From assembly GCA_040954595.2 (NCBI GenBank), contig CM082577.2, positions 13,647,903 through 13,711,902 of the forward strand: 64,000 nt of DNA. The letters run 5' to 3'. Position numbers and translations under genes: made by a program. Positions within the stretch are counted from its first letter, which is position 1, and each line of letters begins with the position of its first letter. Below are positions 13,626-26,753 of the stretch, piece by piece. A model generated the notes under the pieces. The model was not told the origin of the DNA and did not search any database. It worked only from the letters and a program-made list of their open reading frames with translations. Origin of the DNA: Balanoglossus misakiensis (lineage: Eukaryota; Animalia; Hemichordata).

Positions 13626-15594
13626 TCCATGATATAGTTTGGTTTTGGCTCACAGTCTCTTGTATTGTGTGTGTTATTATGTCTGGATCTACACCAACAC
13701 TGGCACCATTTACTACATTGTGCATTGTTTCATTTCTTGGTATGGCAGGGCAACCTGGAATAGATATTAACATTGCAGCAAAGTGGGGAGCAGAAGATGT
13801 TTTCATGTCTGTAGGTCATTTGTGTAACTGTATGTGATGATAATCATCTATGCTAAGGGTGATCAACAGTTTCTCCTGTGAGGAAGACAAAAGATAAAAA
13901 TAAAGTATAATTATTAAGTAGATTTAGAACTTCCAGAAAATGTACATGCACACACGACACAAACATTATGTAATACTGATCACTGATTTATCCACTTTCA
14001 AGCAAAATACCCATTTAGATGATGGTTATGTAAATAAATCAATTTGTATAGCTAATGTGCTAGGAAAACAGATTTTGAATGAATTTCATCTATAATATTT
14101 TTATTTAACATAATTAACTTACATTGTATGCATCTAATACACGCCTATTTGTTGTTTCACAGTTTTGGGTGGCAAGATATTCCTCAAAGCGCTTTATTGT
14201 GTTTTGGCTAGTAGAATACCCCATCACACGGCCCAGTACCAAACCTTCCCAAGAGAGTCCATGTTGACGGAAAAAAACGCCACAGTCCTTTTCCAGTATG
14301 GAACACTTTTGAGGTCTGTCTCAAGATATTTTGCATGATTTGTTAATATGTACTCCCCACAGCAGTTTTATATAAAAAAACTGAAATAATAACTGAAAAG
14401 CTTTGGAAACATTTGTATTCTTTGTAAAATACATTTTTAATCTGTCTGAACATTTTTCTATGATTTTTTTTTGACAAATTTATTATATAAACTACCTGAA
14501 GTATGAAGTTATGTGAAGTAACGCAACAGTTCTTTTTCTCTGTAAATTTTATCGCTCTGTTGACAGCCTATTGTCTCTTCTACAGATTGAATTGAAGATG
14601 GCCTTATATAATCCAGGGCTGTGTTGGTTTCAAAACGTCTACATGGAGTCACTGCTGCACATTCTTTTGTCTGGATGTGTCTCGTAATATTTGAGGAGAG
14701 CTTGTTGGAACAACTGAACAGATTCCTCAAAGTTAAAACCTACGGTCCAAGTTTAAGTTTTCAAAATACCTAATATCCAGCTCTTGACATTATTATAATT
14801 ATTTCCCATGATTGATTCTTTGTATGGTTCTGGTTATAATCAGACAGTTCCACTCATACCCTTGTGTGGGGATAATGCAAAAATACTTTCATGGTTTTAT
14901 TCCTGATACTGACCAAAATTACAGGGAAAATTAATTGAGTGTCCGGTTTGGATTTCTGGGTTTGACAACTTTCTTTATCGCTGGCCAGTACAGAAGTCAA
15001 ACATTGTAGCAAGTTGAATTCCAAAGGGAGCGTACGCATATTGTCTCTGCAATGCATTGCTCCACTGCACAGTCACGTACACACAATCAGACTTCGCACG
15101 CAATTTGTTTTTAAACTTTCATGCTTTTTTTTTAAATAAACCTTCAAACGTTGAACAAGAAAATTCCAGTGGTAGTTTATGTTAAATAGTTAATTTGTGA
15201 CTGATAATAAACTGAGTATACAGACGCCATGGAAAGAAATGGAAGTTGAACTTCCACATTGTCCACCCGCATGACAAAGTATAGCTCTGCGTACAGGTCT
15301 GCGTGTTCCCGGCATTACACGGTGTAACGCCGGGAACACACAGACCTGTACGCAGGGTTAGACAACGCTGAACTCTCAAAACAATCAACATTACTGAACT
15401 TTAAATCGTATCATGACTGCCGATGTTTCAGATTATTCATCTACTATTATATAGCCAGTTTCCGTCAAATATTTTGCTGTACATGTATCTTGGGGCAAGT
15501 GATTTCCCTGACGGCATCATATACAGCGACAGACAGGTTGGCATGAAGGAGTCTTTCACTTTACTGACAGTGTTCGACGGGGTTCAGATAGAGA

Positions 15595-15783
15595 AAATAT
15601 GCCTCGGTCATCCAACTTGAACTTTTTGCTGACAGATGCTAAAGTACCCCTTGGAATATATCCTGTATTTCTGTCGGCTCCATTTTCTTCAAGTTCAGAC
15701 AAAAAAAGTGTTCGCAGATCTCGAACGTCCACGTTGAAATTGCCTACCTTTGATTCATGTATGAAACATTTTGGCGCTCTCAC
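15595..15783 (-). pseudogene. Transposase N-terminal paired-like HTH fragment
   Basis: DLRTLFLSELEENGADRNTGYIPRGTLASVSKKFKL resembles a paired/HTH N-terminus; fused by deletion to the DLNPVE C-terminus in the left arm. Confidence 0.55.
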
Positions 15784-16164
15784 TCATCAGAATTGTTGAC
15801 TGGACATGCTGCAATGGAAGAAACCAAACCAGCAGAGAGAGCCATACCCATCGTTTTTCTTTCATTGAAACGTTCAATATTACGCGAGTAATCATGGTGG
15901 CCTATTATTTGGTGAATTTTTTGGAAAATATTGACTAGTTCTCCAAATTTTGCAAACTCTTCCGACAAGATGAGTAAGAAATGCAAGTGTGAGAATGTAC
16001 GCTCGCGGCCCATACCCCTCATTAAAAATAGTCAATCTCTGGCGAAGAAAAGTCGATACTTTTATGCAAATATTGTGCCAAGAAGGCGGAAACTTGAAAG
16101 TTGGCCGCGACGTAAACAGTACCTGCAAGTTCCCGCAAAATGAACACACCCAGAGCATGTTCGG

Positions 16165-16422
16165 TTGATGTGGAAGACTTTCTTCGAAATATTGATCCAA
16201 TGCTTGAAAATTGAAAAATATGCCAGTGATTTTCGTCGGTTGGATTTTGTGAACACAACTCATATGAAATTTCTGAAACCAAGAGATCTGGAGAAGTTCA
16301 CGTGCAAAGTTAGTGATGTTCACCGGAGAATGTTGCTGAACGCCGTTGCAAAACTACAAACACCCAGTTCAAAACTGGGTTTGCGGGATGAAAAAAGCCC
16401 AAAGGCGCACGAAGAACTTTAA
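16165..16422 (+). pseudogene. SAM-domain-like accessory ORF inside the Tc1 element
   Basis: L..LKIEKYASDFRRLDFVNTTHMKFLKPRDL....VSDVHRRMLLNAV fits the SAM pattern (L..Y...F....i....L..l...DL......gHr..ll.av). Confidence 0.6.
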
Positions 16423-16424
16423 GA

Positions 16425-16576
16425 AACAAGGTGACATCGTGATTGCTGACAATGCTCCGATACATCACCACGAAGGCGAACTGATTCTCTCAAACTGGTT
16501 GGAAAATCTTGGAATGGAATACACTTTCACTCCGGCATATTCTTCCGATCTGAACCCTGTCGAACACTGTCAGTAA
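16425..16576 (+). pseudogene. Tc1-like DDE transposase C-terminal fragment (DD37E)
   Basis: GDIVIADNAPIHH...TPAYSSDLNPVE; 37 residues between the second D and the E. Confidence 0.85.
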
Positions 16577-19040
16577 AGTGAAAGACTCCTTCATGCCAAC
16601 CTGTCTGTCGCTGTATATGATGACGTCAGGGAAATCACTTGCCCCAAGATACAGCAAAATACTTTTGTATTTGACGAAAACACTGGCTATATGATAGTAG
16701 ATGAATAATCTGAAACATCGGCAGTCATGATACGATTTAAAGTTCAGTCATGTTGATTGTTTTAAGTTCAGCGTTGGGAAAGCGTTGTACTTTGTCATGC
16801 GGGTTGACAATGTGGAAGTTCAACTTCCATTTCTTTTCATGGCGTCTGTATACTCAGTTTATTATCGGTCACAACTCAACTGTTTAACATAAACTACCAC
16901 TGGAATTTTCTTGTTCAACGTTTGAAGGTTTATTAAAAAACGTTAAAGTTTAAAAACAAATTGCGTGCGAAGTCTGAGTGTGTGTACGTGTGCAGTGAAG
17001 CGATGGATTGGAGAGACAATATGCGTACGCTCCCTTTGGAATTCAACTTGCTACAATGTTTGACTTCTGTACTGGCCAGCGATAAAGAAATTTGTCAAAC
17101 CCAGAAATCAAAATTAATTTTCCCTGTATGTCTTCAAAGTATTTATGTTGACTTTACTAAAGATGATGATATTGGTCTAGTAACCAAAACATGTGTGTGG
17201 TTTACCTTGTTGAATAAAACTGCTATTTACTTGTTGACAAATTCTTGATGTCTGTCATTATTTTGTTCCATATGTTCCCCTTCACATGATAATGGCCACC
17301 AGAAAACTGGATTACTCCGTACAGTGTTTGCAGAAATGTATCATCTTCAGTAACGTACCGAAAAAATATTTAAACAATATTTAATAAAATATACTGAAAA
17401 AAACTGAACATGGACAAAACATGAATCATTTATTACTCTCTTGTGATGTAATATGGTTGGTTGCATTATTTTATCAATGGTCAAAGTATATTAACCATGT
17501 AGTACTTACGTTACAGTTGGTCTCATGCTCTTCACAGGTTGAGTCAGGCATAGAGAGCTGGAGCTGGAGCTCCTTCCTTTTTGAGCAAATGAAAATGAAA
17601 ATTTATTCTATTAAATCCATTCATTTGCCAGTTAAATTTTCATATTTTGAATAGATAAAATTAAAAATCATACTAACTTTGTGTTACCTGATTTAGATTC
17701 TAGAATATTCTAATCACATAATATATAATAGTGTTTCTTTCCACATTATGACATAAATTCCTGTCACACTGTCCCCTACATCAAACACTTTAGTTGTAAA
17801 TGATACGTCAAAAAACACTGAGTCAGCAGTTTTGCATCAAAGGAAAATATACAATTATCATTGTATCTAATTGTAATCTATTTTTCAATACAGCATTTTT
17901 CAATGTATCCTGTGTGACAGTTTCAGGAAATTGATATACTCAAATCAAACATGAGATTGTGATGATCACTTAAGTAGAATACCCATTTTAGATGATGGTT
18001 ATGTAAAGAAATCAATTTGTATAACTAATGTGCTAGGGAAATATATTTTATTTCATGTTTAAATGAATTTCATCTATAACATTTTTATTTAACAGAATTA
18101 GCTTACATTGTATACATCTAACACACGCCTATTTGTTGTTTCACAGTTTCGGGTGGCAAGATATTCCTCATAGTACTTTATCATGTTTTAGCTTATTGAG
18201 TATTCCATCACTTGGCCTAGTACCAAACCTTCCAAAGAGAGACCCTGTTGAAGTCCTTTTCCAGTATGGAACACTTTTGTGATCTTTCTTAAAATATTTT
18301 GCATGATTGGTTAATGTGTACTCCCCACAGCAGTTTTATATGAAACTGTAATAATAACTTAAAAGCTTCGGAAACATTTGTTTTCTTTGTAACATACATT
18401 TTTAATCTGTCTGAACATGACAAATGGACCATAGAAATTACCTGAAGTATGAGAGAATGTGTAGTAGCGCAACAGTTCTTTTTCTTTGCAGATGATATCT
18501 CTCTGTTGACAGCCTATTGTCTCTTCTACAGATTGAATTGAAGATGGCCTTATATAATCCAGGGCTGTGTTGGTTTCAAAACGTCTACATTGAGTCACTG
18601 CTGCACATTCTTTTGTCTGGATGGGTCTCGTAATATTTGAGGAGGGCTTGTTGAAACAACTGAACAGATTCCTCAAAGTTAAAACCTACGGTCCAAGTTT
18701 AAGTTTTCAAAATTCCTAATATCCAGCTCTTGACATTATTATAATTATTTCCTATGATTGACCCTTGTGTGGGGATAATGTAAAAGTACTTTTATGGTTT
18801 TATTTCTGGTACTGACCAACATTATGTCTTCAAAGTATTTATGTTGACTTTACTAAAGATGATGATATTGGTCTAGTAACCAAAACATGTGTGTGGTTTA
18901 CCTTGTTGAATAAAACTGCTATTTACTTGTTGACAAATTCTTGATGTCTGTCGTTATTTTGTTCCATATGTTCCCCTTCACATGATAATGGCCACCAGAA
19001 AACTGGATTACTCCGTACAACGTTTGCAGAAATGTATCAT

Positions 19041-20898
19041 TACGGAGTTCAGTGAAAATTTTTACTCCAAGATGGCTGTTTATTTACAGATAGAAATATT
19101 TATATATCTTAGTAGGTTACAATAAAAAAAAATTATCAAAATCGGTTCACTGGTTTTCAAGATACATGCATTTTAACAAGTCAAAATTTGCCTATTTTTG
19201 GTCAAAATGTCGTTTAAAATGTCGTAACAGCCAATTTTCTTAAGTTTTGCAGGATCAAAAACATCAAATAATAATTAAATTCACAAGTATCTTCAGCATT
19301 TTTCAAAGAACTTTACCCAATTCAATAAAAATGCAAGAATCATGGAAGATTACTTCTTTGAGTTTTACAGGAGATCATCTAAACTTGTAAAAAAAAAAAG
19401 TTCTGACTAGCCATGCTCGTAGTAATGAGTCTTTTGGAATAATATTTACTTTTTGCAAAATGAATTTACCATTAATTCTGTCTCTGTCCTGTCTTGCAGG
19501 CCATTGAAAAGTGTTATTATTTTTCCTTTGCAGGAAGGTCACATCTACAGTATTGGCCTCATTATCAATATCTACAATTTCACCCACAAACCACTGTTCC
19601 TCATAGGCAACAGCAACATGCATACCGCATCGCTTATCACACAGTCCAAATTTTATATTGTCATCTTTTCTAGCTCTTTTTCTTTGATTTGTTTTGACTT
19701 GCTGCTGATTACTAACTTGCCTTTTCTTTAGGTTTTCATTGATTTCCTTCACATAGTAAGGCATTTCTGTGTTATGTATATTAATGACTGATTTTAGATT
19801 TGCAGCTAACTGGTCAACAGAAAGTTTCACTTTGTTGTTTTGCTATTTTGTTAACTTTTTGTCGGATACATTTGATTGGAGCACATGGGTTCTGTATGTA
19901 ATTTGATCTTTAAGTGCATTAAATTGTTGGGCTTTTGTCAGATGCTGTAATTTAACATCAGCAACGTTTTCTGTTTACCACACACCCCACATAGTTTTGA
20001 TTCGATTTTCAAGTTGTTCTCTTCTTTTCAATTTTCTTTGTGATGTATCATGTTTTCTCATAATTCTCTCTCTCTGCAAATCGAGCCTTTTCTGTCGATG
20101 TTCTCGCAAGTGTGCATGCTCCTTTCGTTTTCTTTCAGGTGCTGTTTCTCTTGCTATGTTCATATACTTTCTCTTTAAATCATTCCTCGGTTTATTCAGG
20201 TATGATGAGGTTTTGTTACGACTATAGCATATGCAGCCTGCTTTTGATATTCGACTTTTTGAGGGGCGCCTTCTTTACTTGTCGATCCAAATCTGAAAAA
20301 TCTGTTTCTGACCTTACATTTGTTAAAGATGCACTGGCTACCTCTAGTTGTATCTCGTTTGTAAATATCAGCAAAAATGTGCTCAAAAACAAGTAAAAAT
20401 ACTGAGCTTACTGAAAACCTCAACCACGAATGCATACCTACGATATATCGCCTAATAAAACATTCCAGAAGACTTTGAGCTAAATTTTTTTACATGTCGG
20501 CTACGTCATACCCTACATTTCACATATCATATTACAGCTTATTTTATTGGCTTTCGTCTTAAGCTATTTTAAAAGCTCTACACCTATTGGATACCTCCTG
20601 GCTTTTCCGTTTTTTAAAAACACCCCTGCCGTTTCTTTTGTGCCATGTATTGGTGCCGTCACGCACAGACGGACTCTAGCCACTTTCCCAGTGGGAGGAA
20701 AAAGACTTAATGAACAACACCGTATAACAACACATATAACGTTTAGAAGCGGGGAGAAACAAAAGTTTACTCAATTTTTTGGCAATTTATTTTTATTTAC
20801 GAGATCGAGAAAGTAAAATACGACGAGTTTAAAAATCGATCAGATTACACAGTGTGCCCCGGTTCGTACGGCGGCCATATTGGATTCTGAACTCCCTA
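19041..20898 (-). mobile_element. Internally deleted DNA transposon with 7-bp TSD (hATw-like)
   Basis: TIR tacggagttcag / ctgaactcccta; TSD GTATCAT at 19034-19040 and 20899-20905; empty site at 17338-17344; degenerate transposase C-terminus (LTNVRSETDFSDLDRQVKKAP; VAVAYEEQWFVGEI...FQWP) on the minus strand. Confidence 0.75.
19375..20390 (-). pseudogene. Degenerate transposase C-terminal half
   Basis: Fragments 20196-20390, 19975-20163 and 19375-19830 with frameshifts and stops; hAT-dimerisation-like TN..sE..F..LD motif. Confidence 0.6.
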
Positions 20899-21754
20899 GT
20901 ATCATCTTCAGTAACCTGCTGAAAAATATATTAAACAACTGAAAAAAACTGAACATGGACATAATAACATGAATCATTTAATTACTCGCTTGTGATGTAA
21001 TGTGGATGGTTGCATTCTCTATCAATAATCAAAGTACATTAACTTTTAGCTTGGATGATTCCAGTCTTGCTTGTTTTCGTGTGCGGAGATGGTGTTTGTT
21101 TTCCTTTTTTTCTTCTCTCTTCCAGGCGAAGTTTTACATTGGCCACTCTTGATGTATTTTGTCTCAGCCTCTCTTCACATTCTTTCATCCTGTCAATGAT
21201 GCTATCCATTTCACCTCACTAGGTTTTTACATTCCTTCGTCGCGCATTCATTATAGGTGGACTGTTCTTTGTGTGCCTATCTCTTGACTACACCACTTTT
21301 ATCTAAAATGCTATCCCTTCGATCTGTATATAGCCTTTTTTCCTCTCTCAACATTTCAGTAAACGTGCCAATTTCGCTGCAAGAATGACTTCCGCATCAA
21401 ACCTAATCTTCTTATTAATTGATGTCAAACCATTCTAGTTCTACGTCCATGGTGTTTTAGAAACATTTTTTTTTTGTATTTTGCATAATTATGTGGTAGT
21501 GGTAATCTAATATTAATAGCATTATCTGCTAATTTCACGTTCTGGTGGTTTCATCATCGGGGACGATGACTTTGTGCAGTGTGCTGAATCTCGTCTGTCA
21601 TAAAAACACGGTTGTATCTAAACGGTTTGTGCGGTTATTAACATTTGCGAGATCAAAACACTTTAAATAAGTTGATTTCACTACGATGCAATCAATAACT
21701 CAATATTTTTGAAGGGTATTCCTGCTTGATAGACGTAATGATCATGCCAGTGGA

Positions 21755-22221
21755 ATGGAAGGGCGGTGTTTACTACTGCGAAGACTAGCTACCTTATGCA
21801 AACAAATTGGATTATTGTCCATTAGTACATTGAATGGCCCAGTTGAAGGTCGGCGTAATGATGCAGTCATGTTAGCTGAGAGTGGTCTGTTACCACAACT
21901 ACAACGTCTTAATACACAAACCGGGGAACCCTTTTGTGTGTATGGTGACTCTGCCTATGCAAGACTCTCCCCTCATGAACGCATGTTCAATAAAAAAATG
22001 AGTTCAGTGAGAGAGTGTGTTGAATGGGGATTTGGGAAAATCATTTGCTACTTTGCTTTCCTTAAATTCAAGAATAATCTTAAGTTTCTTCTACAGCCTG
22101 TTGCCAAATATTACTTTGTGGATGCATTGCTCACCAATTGTCATAACTGTTGTATGGAAATCAGATTGCTACATATTTTGATGTAGAACCTCCAACTCTT
22201 GAAGAGTATCTGAGTGGTTGA
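21755..22221 (+). pseudogene. PIF/Harbinger (HARBI1-like DDE_Tnp_4) transposase fragment
   Basis: GPVEGRRNDAVMLAESGLL...VYGDSAY...FNKKMSSVRECVEWGFGKI; N-terminus missing, internal deletion and frameshift. Confidence 0.85.
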
Positions 22222-22598
22222 TAGCACTGCTGTTGTTTGACAAATTTCAAATTGGCTTCTTAGAATAAAAATTTACTGTACAACTGTATTTCTTCGCACA
22301 CCATGAATTAAAATGTGAATTTGTACCACTGTAACAAAATATGTAAATAAACTATTTGTTCAAAAATAAAACACATATAAGTTTTAAATGCTGTGATTAA
22401 ATAACCACAGATGCACACATATACATTTATAACAATGAAATTTTAATTGTTTGAGCTGAATTGATTAAAAACAAGTGTCATAAAAGGGGCATCTCAACCT
22501 TGAATATAAATTTTTTTAAAAATATAAATACATGCAGAATTATTTTATTTTAAACAAACTGTCAATGAACACTGTGTAAACACAACAGAAAACACAAC

Positions 22599-22910
22599 CT
22601 AAAGTAATTTTTTCCTTAAAATATCTAGAATAGTGTTTCTCTCCTGGCTCTTTAGTTTGTACCTTTCTTCTCGCTCTTTCCTCTCCATTTCAAGTCTTTG
22701 CCTGTCCAACTCCAGACGTTGTTTCTCTAGAACCAACTCCTCTTTCTTGAGGGAAATTCCTTGTCTCCTCAACTCAGCATCACTTTCATGTTTCTCTTTC
22801 AAATATGAAAGGACATTTTGTGATGCTGCAGTTGAAGAGAGACGGGCATGCTTTGGTTTCTGAGGCGGCCTCTCATCATCATTACCACTGTTGTTATTTT
22901 CAGTTCCTGG
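22599..22910 (-). pseudogene. Harbinger accessory protein, last exon (coiled coil), convergent with the transposase
   Basis: LSYLKEKHESDAELRRQ..LKKEEL.LEKQRLELDRQRLE coiled coil; second copy at 30620-30920; a related upstream exon at ~31340-31505 (GEEYNEKEQLLQEINELE). Confidence 0.55.
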
Positions 22911-24392
22911 AATTTATCTGAATGATAGACAATGTTTCATGAAACTTTTCTACTCAGTTATAACCCATATATACAGGTATGAAATGACCACAGCAAATGA
23001 GCACTTCAAAACCTTCCTAATCCCATTGTTTCCTGGATAAGAACTGCCCTATATTTTTTCCACTAAGAAAACAAGGAAATCATGAGTGATTTATGATTTC
23101 ATGCACACTTTTTGAGTAAAACTATTTTTTACAAAAATGATGGGTAGAAGGTAGTCTACTGCATGCCAACTTTGAAGTCGATCTGACTTGTAGTTTCTGA
23201 GATCTGAGATTTGATTTTTTTCAGAAAATCCAATATGGCCGCCAGGTCACGTGACTAATTAAGTATTCACAAGTCACTGCACATCTACTCATAGACCTTG
23301 ACCACCGTTGGTCTTCTGGCGGCGACTTTAAATAGTACGTCCTCGTAGTCGATACCTCCTCCTCTATCACACCATTTTTAAAACGGCGGGTGGATAGGGT
23401 GTCGACCACCCGATCGACCCAGCCTAGGTCGATCGGGTCAGGGAGCGGCGGTGATGATGTGGGCCTGCAACGTCCGAGTCGAGGGTCTACCGCGCCTTTC
23501 GTAGAAAGGACCTTGGGCGGGCGCCAGCCGGCGCCGTCCCCACCCGACGGAGGCGACCCAGTCGGCGCTGCTGGCGCGACGGTGTTAGTTGACCCGTTAG
23601 CGGTACAGGTCGTGCTAGTGGCTGAGGCTCCCATCGTTGGGACAGTTGACGCGGTCGACATGACGCACGGGTGTTCATTAAATTGGTAAGTTCTGACGAA
23701 CGTCTGTTCGCATCTAGTGCAAACCCGTCAGCCGGCTTCATCACGGATGAAACGGTACATGTTGACTGTTGTAATCTTCGGTGAATGTGTTGTTGGATGA
23801 GGAGACGGGCGACAGCTCCAGCACATCGTCGCCCTTTTATACCGTCTGCACTGTAGCAAACCAAGCTTGGAAGATTGCCGTTGGTCGTCTAAGAAATCGT
23901 GACGTTCTAAGAAATCCACGCAAGTCGTGCACTGATTGGACGCTTTTCCACGGCCAGCGGAGTGCCGATGATCCTCAATCCAAAAAGAAAAAGAGAAGTT
24001 TTCGCCAATGGTAAATTCATGTAGAAAGAACTAAATTCGACGTGCTTACCTTCTGCACAGTCGAAATAATTCTGAAGACAACCTATCATCGCCGGTACAT
24101 ACGGCATATGATACTATCGGCCGGTTCCTATCTAAATTCTAATATATCATGTATATCGCCCGACAGCATCCTCGCTACATCGTGCCACTTCTCGCTTCAT
24201 CATATTCGTAGTCGTAAGATACATCATCATCTCTATCTATCTCAGCCTTCTGATTAATTAAATAATTCCTTTTCCCGCACTTCACTTCCGTCGTCCCTCC
24301 TCCCGCACCCTTGTTCCTGGCTACACTGGGCAGAGATGCCAAACTCTGGGGAGCGTGCGATTCTCCCGTGATAGCCGTCGTATCCTCTGTGG

Positions 24393-26300
24393 CTACACGC
24401 GGTCGTTACCGGGACAATATGACCAATCACCGTAGCGCTGGGGCGGTGTGCGTCGTCTCTGGGGATATAGCAGATGGCGGCTTATGTTCGAACGCCGGTA
24501 GACGCGTGAACGTTGCCGCGGTGGAGACGAGCGGTGAACACAGTCACCCGGTTCGCTTCTATCATTTTCACTGTTTTCGGTAGCCTTGATAATTCGCTGT
24601 TTGTCCCGCCAGTCGACGCCGTCGTTTCCCGTATAAGGTTTTAGGCGATCGTAGTGTATCACTCTTGGTCGGTAATTTCTACCACGTTGAATTCTGAATA
24701 GCACATCGGACAATTTATCAGTGATGAGGTAGGGGCCGTCCCACCGGCGGGCTGCTAACTTTCTCGAAGTCCCCTTTTTGAACGACTCGATGTGAAGCCA
24801 GACGAACTGGCCAACTTCAAGTGGAGTTCCTGATGCACGATTGTCGTACTCTCGCTTCTGTGTAACCGCACTCTTTTTCAGTGCAAGGCGGGTGCGCTCG
24901 TGCGCCAGCTGCATCCTCTTAGGGTGACGTTTTTATTTTCTATGTTTCTCATCTCCCGACCGACCGTAAATTTCAGCTCCGACATGAAAATAAAAAAAAC
25001 TGTTTTATTTGCGCCGACTCTGAGTCTGAGGCGATCATCCTAGCAACAGCGCCCCCAACGGCTAATTGTGAGATTTTGCAAATATGACGCCATATTCATC
25101 ATGGCGGTCGTGTCGGACCATGGCTGAAGCCATCGAGGCCGGAGGAAAGGGAAGAAATTGTAGAGAATGAAAGGACAGAGCATTAAAGTGAAAGACAAGA
25201 AATTATAGTGACTAAAAGGACAGAGAGCACAAGACACTGGACTGAAAGATAAGAAATTGCAATGACTGAACAGCCAGAACATTGAACAGAAACAAATAGG
25301 CCTACACATTTGTTTGTAATGGATAAAACATGGAACTGAAACAGGTTTTTTTTTGGTACACGTTTTTTTTTTATTTCGCCCGCCCGCTCTGCCTGACTAT
25401 TCCTCTGGAGATGAGAAACAAATAAAAAAAAAGCGTCACCCTTACGGAGTTGAAGTGCATAATCTGTATTCTCGTTCTGGTCGGGTTCGGGTGAGGGGCC
25501 GTGCAGTAAATCTATTGGTAGTGCGACTTGTCTACCGAGCATCAACATCGCCGGTGTTTCCGACGTACTTGCCTGGACGCTACTTCGGTACGCCATCATC
25601 GCGTACGGGACCACAAGAACCCAATCGGACTGGTCGGGATCGACCAAGATTGAGACTGACTGCGAAATCGTCTTCATGAACCGTTCGACGTATCCACCAT
25701 TCTTTGGGTTGTAGGGCGCTGTGCGGGTTTTCTTAATGCCTAGCAGCTGACATACTTCTGACATAACCCGTGACTCGAAGTTTGCACCTTGGTCGGAATG
25801 AAGTTGACGTGGTGTGCTGAAACGGGTTATAAACTCGCCGGCCAATTTCTCGGCGACCGTCGTAGCCTCTTGGTTAGGGATGGGGCTAGCCTCTACCCAC
25901 TTGGTGAAATAATCGCCGATGACCAAAATCCACCTGTTGTTGCGTTCAGTGATAGGAAAGGGGCCAATTATATCGAATGCCACTCGATCAAGAGGGGATC
26001 CGACAACGTACTGTGGAAGCCGTCCACGACGTTTTCGTCCATGGCTCTTTCTAGCAGCACATACGTCGCATCGTCTGATCATCGCCCTAATGTCGTTCGT
26101 CGCGCCATACCAATACTACCGTCGGAGAATGTTCCGTTTCGTCTTAAAAACACCAAAATGAGCTGCAGTTTTGGCCGAATGTAACTCGTCGAATATTTCA
26201 TCTTTGAGTGAGCACGGGGGAATCAGTAGTAATTGGTGGGTATCGTCTCGACTGGATATCCATCGCCGGTAAATTACGCCGTCGTGAATTTCCAGCAAAT
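24393..26300 (-). pseudogene. Gypsy integrase, split by a MITE
   Basis: H..H / C..C zinc motif, DIIGP, DYFTKW, SDQG, ERF, WDGPY; continuous QLRKRMQLAH once 24922-25441 and one TSD copy are removed. Confidence 0.9.
24922..25441. mobile_element. PIF/Harbinger-type MITE inserted in the Gypsy integrase
   Basis: TIR gggtgacgttttt / aaaaagcgtcaccc; TTA TSD at 24919-21 and 25442-44. Confidence 0.85.
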
Positions 26301-26753
26301 CCCACGAACCCCAATATGCCTTTACTGCCGAACTGGAAGGGGATACCGTTTGCCAGTCTGGGCGCGTATCGCCACCTTCCTTCAGTCGTAATATTGGGCC
26401 AACGTCGGGATCATCCAGTTGTAGTTTTCGCAGAGTTTCGTTGTCATAGCGTAGTTGTAGGCCAATGGCATTTGTCGTTTTCGCTTCCGGGTCGCTGTCG
26501 GCATCAGGACAGCTTGATTTACGACGCTCGGTTTCGGGTCCGGTTGACGTCGACGAGTTTGTGTTCGCTGGTTCAGTCTCGGTCTGTGTTGCTGTCGATT
26601 GGTAACCTGGCATCGTCACCTTTGCTAACGTTGGAGCGTTCTCTCGGTCGGCAGGCCTATCGCTGGGGTGGGCTCGGCACGGCCTCCTTGACAGGCCGCC
26701 TGCATTCTGATGTTTCTTTCCCGGTCGATGTACTATTTTAAAGTCGAATTCGC

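Larger units (their letters stand above)
14922..17126. mobile_element. Tc1/mariner (DD37E-type) element with ~600-bp inverted arms
   Basis: TA TSD at 14920-21 and 17127-28; termini cagggaaaattaatt / aattaattttccctg; empty site visible at ~18823; arms 14922-15589 and 16548-17126 are reverse complements. Confidence 0.9.
14000..21043 (+). repeat. Tandem segmental duplication (copy A ~14000-14921 + 17127-17500; copy B ~17975-19040 + 20906-21043)
   Basis: Long near-identical blocks (14509-14790 vs 18450-18760; 17127-17345 vs 18823-19040); each copy is interrupted by a different transposon. Confidence 0.9.
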
